A DNA stretch of 64,000 nt from Rhodothermales bacterium (GTDB taxonomy: Bacteria; Bacteroidota; Rhodothermia; Rhodothermales; JANQRZ01): positions 3,132,579 to 3,196,578 of the forward strand of contig OZ244038.1 in NCBI GenBank assembly GCA_965215145.1. The letters are read 5' to 3'. Each line of letters starts with the position of its first letter. The stretch's first letter is position 1. The notes below the pieces were generated by a model. It was given only the letters and a program-made list of their open reading frames with translations. It had not been told where the DNA came from and made no database searches. Below are positions 1 through 11,600 of the stretch, one piece after another. A program made the position numbers and the translations under genes.

Positions 1-169
1 CGGCACCAGCCACCCCGGCTCCGAGATAGCTCTGGTGGATGTACTCCTCGGCGCTGATGCGGTGGACTCGCTCGTAGGTTTCTGGGTCTTCACCGGCGGC
101 GTGCGCATCCCAGACGAAGATGAAGAACGCCCAGCAGGGCCTCCGTCGCCAGTAGCGCGGCAACGACAC
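1..169 (-). CDS. N-terminal part of an unidentified protein; CDS continues off the left edge
   Basis: The minus-strand frame is open from a GTG at 169 (in-frame TAG just upstream) down to base 1: VSLPRYWRRRPCWAFFIFVWDAHAAGEDPETYERVHRISAEEYIHQSYLGAGVAGA... The composition is sensible, unlike the Arg/Pro-rich shadow ORFs. It is absent from the ORF track because it is edge-truncated. Function not recognised. Confidence 0.3.
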   Translation of the reverse strand, partial: MSLPRYWRRRPCWAFFIFVWDAHAAGEDPETYERVHRISAEEYIHQSYLGAGVAGA

Positions 170-190
170 TGTCGCGGGTGTGCAGCTCTA

Positions 191-375
191 AGAGCCTGTA
201 TTCGAATGGAGGGAGCAAGCGAAAACGAGCGTCGCGCGTCGCGCTCAAGGCGCGCGAAGCAGCCGTAGCGCAGGCTACGGCGATGTGCTTGCATCCCGCC
301 CTGCGGGGCAGCGCAACGCCGAGCGCGGCGTGCGGCGCCGTTTGCAGCCTGCCCTACTGTTTGAATACAGGCTCT
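191..375. repeat. Intergenic palindromic (MITE/REP-like) element
   Basis: A 13-bp perfect inverted repeat, AGAGCCTGTATTC (191-203) / GAATACAGGCTCT (363-375), brackets about 160 bp of GC-rich, partly self-complementary sequence. This includes the hairpin GCCGTAGC-GCAG-GCTACGGC (262-281). No credible ORF; it lies between two minus-strand genes. Confidence 0.35.
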
Positions 376-393
376 AACACAGCCTACCAGCGG

Positions 394-654
394 CTATGCC
401 GCCTCGCCCTCCGGCTCCTTCGGGCGCCAGAGGATGGCGTAGATCACGCCGAGGTAGCCGCCGAGGATCATGAGCGGCGTGAGGTAGAGCGACAGGAACC
501 CGTCCACCGCGTTCTCCATGCGCATCACGGCGTAGCCGACCACGACGAGGCCGACGCAGAGCGCGAGGAGCACGTAGTTCCTCCGCTCGAACACCATCCG
601 CGCTTGGCGGCGGGCGGTGCGACGGGGGCGGCGCTTGCGGTCGGGCTTTGCCAT
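394..654 (-). CDS. Small membrane protein, DUF3098-like
   Basis: ORF 394..744 trimmed to the ATG at 654 (MAKPDRKRRPRR...). A basic N-terminus is followed by two hydrophobic helices (YVLLALCVGLVVVGYAV; LTPLMILGGYLGVIYAIL). This is the layout of the small DUF3098 proteins common in Bacteroidota. Confidence 0.6.
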   Translation of the reverse strand: MAKPDRKRRPRRTARRQARMVFERRNYVLLALCVGLVVVGYAVMRMENAVDGFLSLYLTPLMILGGYLGVIYAILWRPKEPEGEAA

Positions 655-797
655 TGGGGGATCGGGGTGAAACGGCGGGGCGAAATATAAACCTCGCCCG
701 TGGGCGCGTTCGTGCGACCCCACACCTACTGCCGTCTTCTCCACGGAACCCCCGTGCGGCGGCTTCGATCAATAGCGCCCTCCCTCCCTGCTCTCCC

Positions 798-2264
798 GTG
801 CCTCTCCCCTCCCGGACTCGACTCTGGTTGCTCGTCGCGCTGTCGCTCGCGGTCGGTGCGATGGTGTGGCTCCGGCCGAGCGTGGGCGAGGCGTCCTCGG
901 CGGCCAGCGACGCGGCCATCCGCAACGCCGTCAACGGCATCCTGAACAACGCCGCGATGCCGTCGGCGCTGTGGGGGGTGTGGGTGCAGAACCTCCAGAC
1001 CGGCGAGGTCGTCGTCAGCCGCAACGCCGACCTCAACATGGTCCCGGCGAGCAACCTCAAGCTCGTCACCACGGCCACGGCGCTGAGCGCCTTCGGCCCG
1101 CACCACCGATTCGTGACCCGGCTCCACTTCGACGGCGAGGCCGCGGACTCGGCCCTCGTCGGCGACCTCGTGATCCGCGGCTCGGGGGACCCGACGTTCG
1201 GGAGCGCGCTCTCGGGTGAGGACCCGCTGGAGCAGTGGGCGCGCGAGCTGCACCGCCTCGGCGTCCGCCGCATCGTAGGCCGCATCCTCGGCGACGACGA
1301 CGCGCTCGACGAGGCGCCCTACGCCGCCGGCTGGGACATCGACTACATCGCCGTCGAGGACTGGGCCGCCGGGGCGGGCGGGCTCTCCTACGCCGACAAC
1401 CTCGTGAACATCGGGATCGCGGGGACGCGGGCGGGCGAGGCCGCCGCCGTCACCGCCGACCCCGCCGGCTACGTGAGCCTCGACGCCGACGTGATGACGC
1501 GGCGGGGGCGCGGCTACGGGCCGCTGCGGATCCGCCGGGCCGTCGGCACCAACGACATCTCCGTCGAAGGAAGGGTCTCGGCGGCGTACCGGGGCACGGC
1601 GCGGATCCCCATCCAGGACCCCACGGCCTTCACGCTGACCGCCTTCGCCGCCGCCCTCCGCGACGCCGGCATCGCCGTCGACGCCCGGCTCGTCGACGCA
1701 GACGACCTGGAGGGGGGGTTCGTCTACAACGCCGACCCGGTCCTCGTCCACCTCTCGCCGCCGCTGATCGAGATCCTCGAGACGATCAACGAGAAGAGCA
1801 ACAACTTCTACGCGGAGCAGGTCTTCCGCGTGGTCGGGCGGGGGACGACGCGGGGCGGCGCCCTCCGCGTGCAGTCGTTCATGGAGCGGGTCGGGTTGCC
1901 GGCCGACGGGCTCTCGATGCGCGACGGCTCGGGGCTCTCGCGGAAGAACCTCGTCCAGCCCGAGGCGCTGGGGCGGCTGCTGGCCCACCTCTACCGGAGC
2001 CCGCTCCGCGACGACTTCCTCGCCACGCTCCCCCAGGGCGGCGACCCCGAGACGACGCTGCGGTACCGGCTCGGCGGGCTCCCCGTCCGCGCCAAGACCG
2101 GCGCGCTCGAGCACGTCCGCGCGCTCTCCGGCTACGTCGCCGGGCCGGGCGAGACGCCCTACGCCTTCGTCCTGTTCGCCAACAACTTCACGACGAGCTC
2201 GAGCCTGATCTCGGTGGCGCAGAACGAGGTCGTCGAGGCCATCGCCACGGGCGGCGCGCGCTGA
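798..2264 (+). CDS. dacB: D-alanyl-D-alanine carboxypeptidase/endopeptidase, PBP4 (peptidase S13) family
   Basis: Motifs seen: SNLKLVTTATAL (SxxK region), SNNFYAEQVFR, DGSGLSRKN and KTGAL(EH), which is the KTG box. The GTG at 798 gives a clean signal peptide (VPLPSRTRLWLLVALSLAVGA). The track ORF starts at a TTG at 648, which would overlap the divergent gene, so the start is uncertain. Confidence 0.85.
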   Translation: MPLPSRTRLWLLVALSLAVGAMVWLRPSVGEASSAASDAAIRNAVNGILNNAAMPSALWGVWVQNLQTGEVVVSRNADLNMVPASNLKLVTTATALSAFGPHHRFVTRLHFDGEAADSALVGDLVIRGSGDPTFGSALSGEDPLEQWARELHRLGVRRIVGRILGDDDALDEAPYAAGWDIDYIAVEDWAAGAGGLSYADNLVNIGIAGTRAGEAAAVTADPAGYVSLDADVMTRRGRGYGPLRIRRAVGTNDISVEGRVSAAYRGTARIPIQDPTAFTLTAFAAALRDAGIAVDARLVDADDLEGGFVYNADPVLVHLSPPLIEILETINEKSNNFYAEQVFRVVGRGTTRGGALRVQSFMERVGLPADGLSMRDGSGLSRKNLVQPEALGRLLAHLYRSPLRDDFLATLPQGGDPETTLRYRLGGLPVRAKTGALEHVRALSGYVAGPGETPYAFVLFANNFTTSSSLISVAQNEVVEAIATGGAR

Positions 2265-2338
2265 CGGGGCCGGCGGCGCTGCCGCTCGCTCCGCCGACGG
2301 GGCGTAGATTCCGGGCCTCACCCGCCCCTCTCCCCTCC

Positions 2339-2812
2339 ATGCCCGTCGTCGTCCGCCAGGTGCTCTTCGCACTCGGCGTGGTCCTGCTCCAGTGGCTCGT
2401 CGTCGGGCGGCTCCAGCTCTGGGGGGCGTACCCGGACGTGGTCCTGCTCTACGTGGCCTACGTCGGGCTCCGGTTCGGGCGCGTGCCCGGCGCGCTGGCG
2501 GGGTTCGGCACGGGGCTCCTGCTCGGGATCGCCTACGACATGTGGGGGAGCCAGATGCTCGTCAAGACGCTGATGGGGTTCGTGGCGGGGCAGTTCCAGA
2601 CGGAGGGCTCGGAGGGGCCGCGCCTCGGGCCGGTGCGGACGTTCGGCGGCGCGCTCGCCCTCGCCCTCGTCCACAACGGCCTGCTCGCCGTCATCCTCGC
2701 CCTCGAGAACCAGACGCAGACGGCGCTCTTCCTCATCGGCGCCCTCTGGATCGGGTCGGCCGTGCTGACGGCGCTCGTGGCGTTGCTGTGGGCCCTCGTC
2801 CGGAATCGCTGA
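2339..2812 (+). CDS. mreD: Rod shape-determining protein MreD-like membrane protein
   Basis: Only the last 157 codons of track ORF 1235..2812 look real (ATG at 2339: MPVVVRQVLFALGVVLLQWLV...). The protein is small, has multiple TM segments, and its size and hydrophobic pattern are typical of MreD. Upstream, the same frame is an Arg/Pro-rich shadow of dacB. Confidence 0.55.
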   Translation: MPVVVRQVLFALGVVLLQWLVVGRLQLWGAYPDVVLLYVAYVGLRFGRVPGALAGFGTGLLLGIAYDMWGSQMLVKTLMGFVAGQFQTEGSEGPRLGPVRTFGGALALALVHNGLLAVILALENQTQTALFLIGALWIGSAVLTALVALLWALVRNR

Positions 2813-2855
2813 GAGGCCGGAGCGCATCGCGTGTTGAAGACGCCCGACACGCAAC

Positions 2856-4088
2856 ATGCAACACACCGTGATCCGCTACCTCACCGCCGGCGAGTCCCAC
2901 GGCGAGGCCCTCGTCGGCGTCGTCGAGGGGTGCCCGGCCGGCGTGCCCCTCGCCCCGGCCGACCTCGACCGGCACCTCGCCCGGCGGTGGCTCGGGTTCG
3001 GGCGCGGCGGGCGGCGGAAGGTCGAGCGGGACCGGGTCCACGTCTACTCCGGCGTCCGGTTCGGGCGGACGATGGGGAGCCCCATCGCGCTCCGCCTCGA
3101 CAACGCTTCTTACCGGAAGGACCGCGCAGGCTGGCCCGAGGTGATGGCCGTCGAGGGCTCCGGCGAGGGCGTCGAGCCGGTGACGCTCCCCCGCCCCGGC
3201 CACGCCGACCTCGCGGGGGTGCAGAAGTACGGGTTCGCCGCGCCCGATGGGCGGCCGGACATCCGCCCGGTGATCGAGCGGTCGAGCGCGCGCGAGACGG
3301 CGATGCGGGTGGCCTGCTGCACCGTCGCCCGGCAGTTCCTCGCCCACCTCGGGATCGAGGTCGGCAGCCACGTCGTGCGGATCGGCGCGGTGGGCTACGA
3401 CGGCCCGGAGGCGTGGGCCGAGCGGGCCGAGGCGCTGCTGGCCGAGGGCGGCGCCCGCGCGCTCTATGAGGCCGCCGACCGGAGCGAAGTCCGGATGCTC
3501 GACCCGAGGCTCACCGAGCGGGCCGTCGAGCACATCAAAGAGACGAAGCGGGCTGGCGACTCGCTCGGGGGGAGCTACGAGGTGGTGGTGACGGGCGTGC
3601 CGCCGGGGCTCGGCTCCTACGTGCAGTGGGACCGGAAGCTCGACGGGCGGATCGCGCAGGCCGTCCTCTCGGTGCAGGGGCAGAAGGCCGTCGAGATCGG
3701 GGCCGGCGTGGCGGCGGGGAGCGCGCCCGGCAGCCGCGTCCACGACCCCATCGTGCGGGACGACGACGGCCGCGTCACGCGCGCGTCCAACCGCGCCGGG
3801 GGGGTCGAGGGCGGCGTCTCGACGGGGATGCCCGTCGTCGTGCGCGGCACGATGAAGCCGATCCCCACCCTCATCAAGCCGCTGATGTCGGTCGACCTCG
3901 CCACCGGCGAGCCGCAGCCGACGCGCTACGAGCGCAGCGACGTGACGAGCGTGCCCGCCGCGAGCACCGTCGCCGAGGCCGTCGTGGCGCACGCCGTCGC
4001 GGTGGCGGTGCTGGAGAAGTTCGGTGGGGACACGCTGGAGGAGGTCGCCGAGCGGGTCGCCGTGTGGCGGGCGCGGCTCGAGCCATAG
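2856..4088 (+). CDS. aroC: Chorismate synthase
   Basis: The N-terminus RYLTAGESHGEALVGVVEGCPAG is canonical. Also present: GHADL, RSSARETA, and KPIPTL near the C-terminus. The full length of 410 aa is typical. Confidence 0.95.
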   Translation: MQHTVIRYLTAGESHGEALVGVVEGCPAGVPLAPADLDRHLARRWLGFGRGGRRKVERDRVHVYSGVRFGRTMGSPIALRLDNASYRKDRAGWPEVMAVEGSGEGVEPVTLPRPGHADLAGVQKYGFAAPDGRPDIRPVIERSSARETAMRVACCTVARQFLAHLGIEVGSHVVRIGAVGYDGPEAWAERAEALLAEGGARALYEAADRSEVRMLDPRLTERAVEHIKETKRAGDSLGGSYEVVVTGVPPGLGSYVQWDRKLDGRIAQAVLSVQGQKAVEIGAGVAAGSAPGSRVHDPIVRDDDGRVTRASNRAGGVEGGVSTGMPVVVRGTMKPIPTLIKPLMSVDLATGEPQPTRYERSDVTSVPAASTVAEAVVAHAVAVAVLEKFGGDTLEEVAERVAVWRARLEP

Positions 4089-4179
4089 GGACGGCGAGCG
4101 ACCGAGAGCGGGCAAAGAGGACGCCGCCGCTCGCGGGGGGTGCGGGCGGCGGCGCGTGCTGCTCGGGTTCGGCGGGAGC

Positions 4180-4824
4180 TTACATCCCCCCCATCTCAAG
4201 CGGCTCGTCGGGGTCGTTGGCCGCGGCGTCGGAGGGCGGCGAGAACAGCAGCCGCTCGGTGTAGCGCGCGGGCTGGCCGTTCTTGAACGCCATCGCCTGC
4301 TCGCCGTAGGTCATCCGCGCCTCCTCGACCGTCTTCTGGCCGGTGGCGATCTCGTGGGCGAGGTTGAGGGCGAGGATGTTCAGGGGCTCCATGTCGCAGC
4401 GGGCGCTCATCTCGCCCTTCGTCCGCTCGAGGATCACGCTGCCGTCGTAGACGGCCAGCTCGTCCACCATCTCCTCGGGGACCTCGTAGTTGATGAACGT
4501 CTCGAGGACGTCGGGGTGGGACATCGGGAAGTCGTGCTGGACGGGCTCGCGGTAGGCGATGGTCCGCTTGAACGGGCCGGAGTCCTCCCAGACGATCATC
4601 GAGGGGGTGACGCCGCTGGGGGCGCCGTACTTCTCCATCGTCGCCATGACGGCCTTCTTCGAGGGCTCGGGCCAGTCGGAGACGTAGGATGCGACGGCCT
4701 CCTGGTCCATCATGCCGGGCATGGCGCCGTCCATCGAGCCGCCGGTGTTCATGCAGCCGGTGGCGACGAGGGCGAGGAGCAGGACGCTGAGGGGGAGATA
4801 GCGTCGGTAAGCAGAGGAGGTCAT
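4180..4824 (-). CDS. Lipoprotein of unknown function
   Basis: Signal peptide plus lipobox (LLLALVATGC) and balanced amino-acid composition. No family recognised. Confidence 0.65.
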   Translation of the reverse strand: MTSSAYRRYLPLSVLLLALVATGCMNTGGSMDGAMPGMMDQEAVASYVSDWPEPSKKAVMATMEKYGAPSGVTPSMIVWEDSGPFKRTIAYREPVQHDFPMSHPDVLETFINYEVPEEMVDELAVYDGSVILERTKGEMSARCDMEPLNILALNLAHEIATGQKTVEEARMTYGEQAMAFKNGQPARYTERLLFSPPSDAAANDPDEPLEMGGM

Positions 4825-4990
4825 GATAGAGATGGGTTAGCGAGAGGGGAGGGCGGCGCAGCCTCGCGCTCGGCAGTGCCGCGGTCGGATTTAGACAGGG
4901 AGACGATGGCGGCCGTTCCGATGGGCCTCTCACGAAAGGGTAACGTACAGTCGCCGCGTGGCGGGCGCGGTTCGAGCCGTAGCTTCGGCC

Positions 4991-5477
4991 ATGCTGCGCC
5001 CCCTGCTTCTCTTGATCCTCACCGGCCTCGCTGCACCCGCCGCGGCGCAGGTCCGTCCGGCGGAGCCTGCGGGATGGGCGCGGAACGCCGTCACGCTCGA
5101 CCTCGGCGGGGCGCCGGGGTTCATGGCCGTGAGCTACGAGCGCCTCGTGCACGAGCGGGCCGGCGTGCGGATTGGCTCTCGTGCCCGTGTTTCTGTGGGA
5201 TGAACTGCTCGGGTTCGGGGCGGCGAGCGGCGAGGTCGGAGGGCTCCTTCAACTCGTCGGCATGGTGGGCCGAGGGAACGACCGGCTGGAGGTGGCGGGC
5301 GGCGTGATGCTGCAAACGACCGGGGGCGAAGGGGCCTTCGAGATCTGGAGCGGCTACGTGGGCTTCCGGGCGCAGCACGAGCGGGGGTTCATCTTCCGTA
5401 TCGGGTTCGCGGCCTTGTTCGAGGGGGACGGCGATCGTTGGACGCTACTGGGGGTCGGCTTCGGCTACGCGTTCTGA
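4991..5477 (+). pseudogene. Small outer-membrane beta-barrel-like protein, apparently frameshifted
   Basis: Frame 1 (ATG 4991) gives a signal peptide, MLRPLLLLILTGLAAPAAAQ, then about 60 aa, and stops at 5203. A second frame (track ORF 5172..5477) continues with alternating-hydrophobic, Gly-rich sequence and ends in ...LLGVGFGYAF, a C-terminal aromatic residue as in OMPs. The second part has no signal peptide or good start of its own. The frames could be joined by a 1-nt shift near 5168-5175. Confidence 0.45.
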
Positions 5478-5607
5478 GCGAGCGCGGGGGCAGGATCTGC
5501 GCTCACCGTTGGCGGAGCCTCCGGTACCTTCCCCAGTAGAAGGCGGCGGCCCGCGTGACCGCGTCTGCCCCGCCCCTCCCCCGCCCGGCGTTCTCCCCTT
5601 CCGCCCG

Positions 5608-8600
5608 ATGCTCGACGCCCCCAACGCCGCGATCCTGAGTGCCGACCCGCCGCCCGTCGAGAGCGGCTACGACCCGAAGCGGCTGGAGGAGCCCGCCCGC
5701 GCGCTGGCCCGCCGGCAGAGCGTCACCGAGGGCCGCCGGTTCGGGCGCCCGCCGCGGCTCGTGCTCCGCGAGGCGTACCGCGGGCTGCCCGAGGCGTACC
5801 ACGAGCTCAACGAGGCCGCCCGCCGCGGCATCACCGTCACGCCGGCCGCGGAGTGGCTCCTCGACAACTTCTACCTCATCCGGGCGCAGCAGCAGCAGGT
5901 CCGCGAGGACCTCCCGTGGGCGTTCTACCGCACGCTCCCCAAGCTCGACCGCGGGCCGTACCGGGGGCTCCCGCGCGTCCACGAGCTCGCCCACGAGCTC
6001 GCCGGCCTCACCGACAACGCCATCGACGAGGACCGGCTGACGCGGTTCGTGGGGGCCTTCGAGGAGGGGGCGCCGCTGCTGATCGGGGAGCTGTGGGCGC
6101 TGCCGTCGACGCTCCGGCTCGTGCTGCTGGAGCGGCTGAGCGGGCTGGCGCAGCGGGTCGTCGACGACCTCGGGGAGCAGGAGGCCGCGGCGGGCTGGGC
6201 CGCGCGGATCGCCGAGGCCGCCGCGGCCGACCCCTCGGGCGTCGTCGTCACGCTGGCCGAGATGGTCGAGCGGCACGCGCCGCTCTCGGCCCCCTTCGCC
6301 GTCGCCCTCGCGACGTCGTTGCAGACGCAGGGGCCCGGCGGCGCCGAGGCCATCGAGTGGCTCAAGCAGCGGCTCCGCGCGCGCGGCCTCTCGCTGGACG
6401 AGATGATGCGGCGCGAGGGGCAGCGGCAGGCGCACCGGCAGGCCTCCGTCGCCAACGCCATCAACGCGCTGCGCTGGACCGACGGGGCCGACTGGGCGCT
6501 CCTCGTCGAGGGGCTCTCCGTCGTGGAGCGGGTGCTCCGACGCGACCCCGCCGGCGTCTACGCCGAGATGGACTTCGCCACGCGCGACCGCTACCGCCGG
6601 CGGGTCGAGGCGCTGGCGCGGCACGCGCCGGCCACCGAGGTCGGCGTGGCGGAGCGGGCGGTGGCGCTGGCCGCGGCGGCGCCCCCGGAGGAGCCACCGG
6701 CCGCGGAGAGCCGCGAGGGGATGGTGCCCGGTGCGCCGGAGCGGTTCCCCCTCCTCTCCCTCCACGACCACATCGGGACCTACCTCGTCGGGCGGGAGGA
6801 GCGGGTGCTGGAGCGGGAGGTCGGCTACCGGCCCCCGCTCGGGGCGCGGCTGCGGCGGGGGGCCCGGCGGAACGCGGGCGTGGCCTACCTCCTCGTCTTC
6901 CTCCCGTCGTTCGCGCTGCTGATGCTCGGGGCGTGGGGGCTCGCGGCCGAGGCCGACGCGCCGGCGTGGGCCGTGGCGCTGGCCGTGGCGGCGGCGCTGC
7001 TGCCGGCCTTCGACCTCGCGCTGGCGCTGACGAACTGGGGGTTCACGCGGGTGCTCCCGCCGGAGCCCCTGCCGAAGATGGCCTTCGAGCGCGGCATCCC
7101 CGAGGACTGCCGGACGTTCGTCGTCGTGCCGACGCTCGTCACGAGCCCGGAGAACGCGCGGCAGCAGGTGCAGCAGCTCGAGGTCCAGGCCCTCGCCAAC
7201 CCGGACCCCATGCTCCGCTTCGCGCTGCTGACGGACTTCACCGACGCGCCGGAGCCGGCGATGCCGGGCGACGAGGCCACGCTCGCCGCCGCCGTCGAGG
7301 CCGTCCGCGCCCTCAACCGCCGCCACCGCGACGCCCGCGGCGACAAGTTCTTCCTCCTCCACCGCGAGCGCCGGTGGAACCCGCAGGAGGGGGCCTACAT
7401 GGGGTGGGAGCGCAAGCGCGGCAAGCTCGAGGAGTTCAACCGGCTGCTCCGCGACCCCGCCGCCCGCGCCGAGCCCGGCGCCGAGACCTCCTACGTCCTC
7501 GTCGAGGGCGACGTCGCGCAGGCCGCCGCCGGCACCGCCGTCCGCTACGTCATCACCCTCGACGCCGACACCCAGCTCCCGCCCCGCGCCGCGACGGACC
7601 TCGTCCGCACCGCCGCGCACCCGCTCAACCGCCCCCGCTACAACCCCCGGCGGCAGCGCGTCACCGCCGGCTACGGCGTGCTCCAGCCGCGGGTCGGCAT
7701 CCGCGCCGAGGCCGGGTTCCGCACGCCGTTCGCGCAGCTCTTCTCCGGCAACGTCGGCGTGGACCCCTACACGACGGCGGTCTCGGACCTCTACCAGGAC
7801 CTCTTCGGCGTCGGCATCTTCACCGGCAAGGGGCTCTACGACGTCGACGCCTTCCACGCGGCGCTCGGCGGGGTCATCCCCGAGAACGCCGTCCTCTCGC
7901 ACGACCTCCTCGAGGGCGCCCACGCCCGGACGGCGCTCGCCACGGACGTCCTGCTCTTCGACGACTACCCCAGCCACTACGCCGCCTTCGCGAAGCGGCT
8001 GCACCGGTGGGTCCGCGGGGACTGGCAGATCCTGCCGTGGCTGCTCCCCGTCGCCCCGACGGCCGGGGGGGGGTGGCGGCGGAACCCGCTCGGCGTGCTC
8101 GGGCGGTGGCAGATCTTCGACAACCTCCGCCGCTCGCTGACGCCGCCGGCGCTCCTCGTCTTCCTCGCCCTTGCGTGGACGGTGCTGCCGGGGCCGGCGC
8201 TGCTGTGGACGCTGCTCGCCCTCGGCGCCATCGCCTTCCCGATCTACGCCCCGTTCACCTCGGCGCTGCTGGCCCACCCGCGCGACGCCGTCTGGAGCTC
8301 GTACCTCCTCGGCGCCCTCTCGGACGCGAAGCAGTCCACGCTCCAGGTCGGGCTCTCGGTGGCGTTCCTCGCCCACGAGGCGTTCCTCATGGTCGACGCC
8401 ATCGTGCGGACGCTCTGGCGGATGGCCCGAGGCCGGCGGCTGCTCGAGTGGGTCACCGCGCACCAGGCCGAGCAGGGGGGGGGCGACGCCCCCGGCATCT
8501 GGCTCTCGCCGGCGTGGGGGGTCCTCGTCCTCGCCGCCGTCGCCCTCGTCTCGCCGACGGCGCTCCCGCTCGCCGTGCCGTTCTGCCTCGCGTGGATCGC

Positions 8601-11600
8601 GGCGCCGTGGATCGCCAGGTGGACCGGGCGGCCCGTCGAGCGCGACACCTTCGAGCCCTCGGCCGAGGAGCGCGCCCGGCTCCGCCTCACCGCCCGCCGG
8701 ACGTGGCGCTACTTCGACGACTTCATGACGGCGGCCGACCGGTTCCTCCCGCCGGACAACTACCAGGAGAACCCCCACCGCGGCCTCGCCCGGCGGACCT
8801 CCCCGACGAACATCGGCCTCGGGCTGCTGGCCGTGCAGACGGCGGTGGACTTCGGCTACCTCGCCCGCGAGGAGGGGCTCGGCCGGATCGAGGCGGCGCT
8901 CGACACGCTGGAGGAGCTGCCGCGCCACAAGGGCCACTTCTTCAACTGGTACTCGACCGAGACCGGCGGCGTGCTCCACCCCCGCTACGTCTCGACGGTG
9001 GACTCCGGCAACCTGATGGGCGCGCTGCTGACGCTGAAGCAGGGCCTCCTCGAGACCCCCCGCGCGCCCTGGCCCGACCCCGCCCTCTTCGCCGGCCTCC
9101 GCGACACGCTCGGCGCGCTGGAGGAGACCCTCGACCGTCCCCGCGCCGACCCCGAGAGCATCGAGCTCGTCCGAGAGACCACCGACCGCTTCCGCGCTGC
9201 GCTGGACGAGCCGGGCGGCGGGGCCAGCGGCGACCCGGCCGCCGAGCACTTCGCCCGCGTCCGCGCCCTCGTCAGCCCCGCCGCCGACCTCGTCGAGGCG
9301 GCCGACGCCACGGAGTTCCGCAGCGAGGGGGACATCCGGGAGCTACGCTACTGGGCGGCTCAGCCGCTGAGCCGGCTCCTCGCCGAGCGGGCCGCGTTCG
9401 AGCGCCTCGCGCCGTGGCTGACGGCGAGCGAGGGCGGCGACGGCGCGCCCGAGGCCGTCGCCGGCGCAAAGACGCTGGGCGGGCTCCGCGCCGCGGCTCA
9501 GGCCACGGCCGGCGGGGACGGGGGGAGCCGCGCGCCGGTCGCCGTGGCGCTGGGGGCGGCCGAGGCCGCCGAGGCCCTCGTCCGCCGCGCCGAGCGGCTG
9601 GCCGAGCGCGCCGAGGCGCTCGCCCTGGCGATGGACTTCCGCCCGCTCTACGACGCGAAGGCCGGCCTCTTCGCCATCGGCCTCAACGCCGACACCGGCG
9701 CCCGCGACGACTCGTTCTACAACCTCCTCGCCTCCGAGGCCCGCCTCGCCTCGCTGCTCGCCATCGCGCGGGCGCACGTCCCCCCGAAGCACTGGTTCCG
9801 CCTCGGCCGGCCCACCACCACCATCGGCAGCCGGCGCGTGCTGCTCTCCTGGACGGGGACGATGTTCGAGTACCTCATGCCGCTGCTGTTCACGCGGACC
9901 TACGAGGGCTCGCTGCTCGGCGAGGCGTGCGCCAGCGCCGTCAGCGTGCAGAGGCACTACGGGCGGCGGCGGGGGCACCCGTGGGGGGTCTCCGAGAGCG
10001 CCGTCTTCGAGCTCGACCTCCACCTCACCTACCAGTACCGCGCCTTCGGCGTGCCGGGGCTCGGGCTCAAGCGCGGGCTCGCCGAGGACGACGTGATCGC
10101 GCCCTACGCGACGGCCCTCGCGCTCATGGTCCGGCCGGGCTCCGCCGTGCGGAACCTCGCGCGGCTCCGCGAGACCGGGGCCTACGGGCCCTACGGGTTC
10201 TACGAGGCCGTGGACTACACGAAGAAGCGGCTGCCGCCGGGGCAGGAGCTCGCGGTCATCGGGGCGTACATGGCCCACCACCAGGGGATGACGCTGCTGG
10301 CGATCCAGAACCTCCTGGCCGACGGCGTCGTGCAGCGGCGGTTCCACCGCGAGCCCCTCGTCCGCTCCGTCGAGGCGCTGCTGCAGGAGCAGGCGCCGAA
10401 GCAGATCGAGCGGGTCCCGCTGCCGGACGAGATGGAGGAGATGGACCCCGTCTCGCCGCAGACGGTGACGGGCGCCTCGCAGCGGATCGGGCCGGAGCGG
10501 CTGACGGACCCGACCCCCCACGGCGTCCTCCTCTCGAACGGCCGCCTCGCCTCGCTCGTCACCGCCGCCGGCGCCGGCTACGCCCGCTACGACGGCCTCG
10601 CCGTGACCCGGTGGCGGCCGGACCGGACGCGCGAGCAGGACGGCCCCTTCCTCTACGTCCGCGACCTCGACACCGGGCGCGCCTGGTGCGCCGGGCGGCA
10701 GCCGGTCACGGACGCGCGCCCGGAGGAGTACGAGGCGTGGTTCCACACGGCCCGCGCCGAGATCCGCCGGGTCGACGACGGGGTCGAGGTCAAGACCGAG
10801 GTCTGCGTCTCCCCGGAGGACGACGTCGAGGTCCGCCGCTACACGCTCACGAACCGCTCCGACCGGCCGCGGTGGCTGGAGCTGACGAGCTACGCCGAGG
10901 TCGTGCTCTACCCGCCCGAGGCCGACCTCGGCCACCCGGCGTTCTCGAAGCTGTTCGTCCGCACCGAGCACGTCCGCGAGCACCACGCGCTGCTCGCGAC
11001 CCGCCGCTCGCGGAGCGAGCACGACCGGCTGCTGTGGCTGTTCCACGCCGTCGCCGACGAGCGGCCGGAGCTGGTGGACGGCCCGCTCCAGCTCGAGACC
11101 GACCGGGCGCAGTTCATCGGCCGGGGCCGGGACCTCGAGGACCCCGCCGCGCTGACCGGGCCGCTCTCCGGCACCGTCGGCCCCGTGCTCGACCCCATCG
11201 TCAGCCTCCGCCGGCGGATCACGCTGCCGCCGCACGCCCGCGCGTCGGTCGCCTTCACGACGGGGGTGGCCGAGACGCGCGACGAGGCCGTCCGCCTGGC
11301 CGACCGCTACGACCACCCGGCGGCGGCGCAGCGGGCCTTCGAGCTCGCGGAGGTCTACGGGCTCGTCGAGCTCCAGCACCTCGGGCTGACCGGCGAGCAG
11401 GCGCTGCTCGCGCAGCACCTCGCCACGGGCCTCCGCTACGGGAACCCCGCCCTCCGCGCCGACGAGACGCTGCTCCTCCGGAACCGCCGCGCGCAGCCGG
11501 GCCTCTGGGCCTACGGCATCTCCGGCGACCTCCCCGTCCTCCTCTTCCGCATCGGCCAGACCGACGAGGTGCCGGCCCTCCGCATGCTCCTCCGGATGCA

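Noticed and set aside
1235-2338. N-terminal 368 codons of track ORF 1235..2812
   Set aside because: Out of frame with dacB and Arg/Pro-rich. Only the portion from the ATG at 2339, after the dacB stop, resembles a membrane protein (MreD-like).
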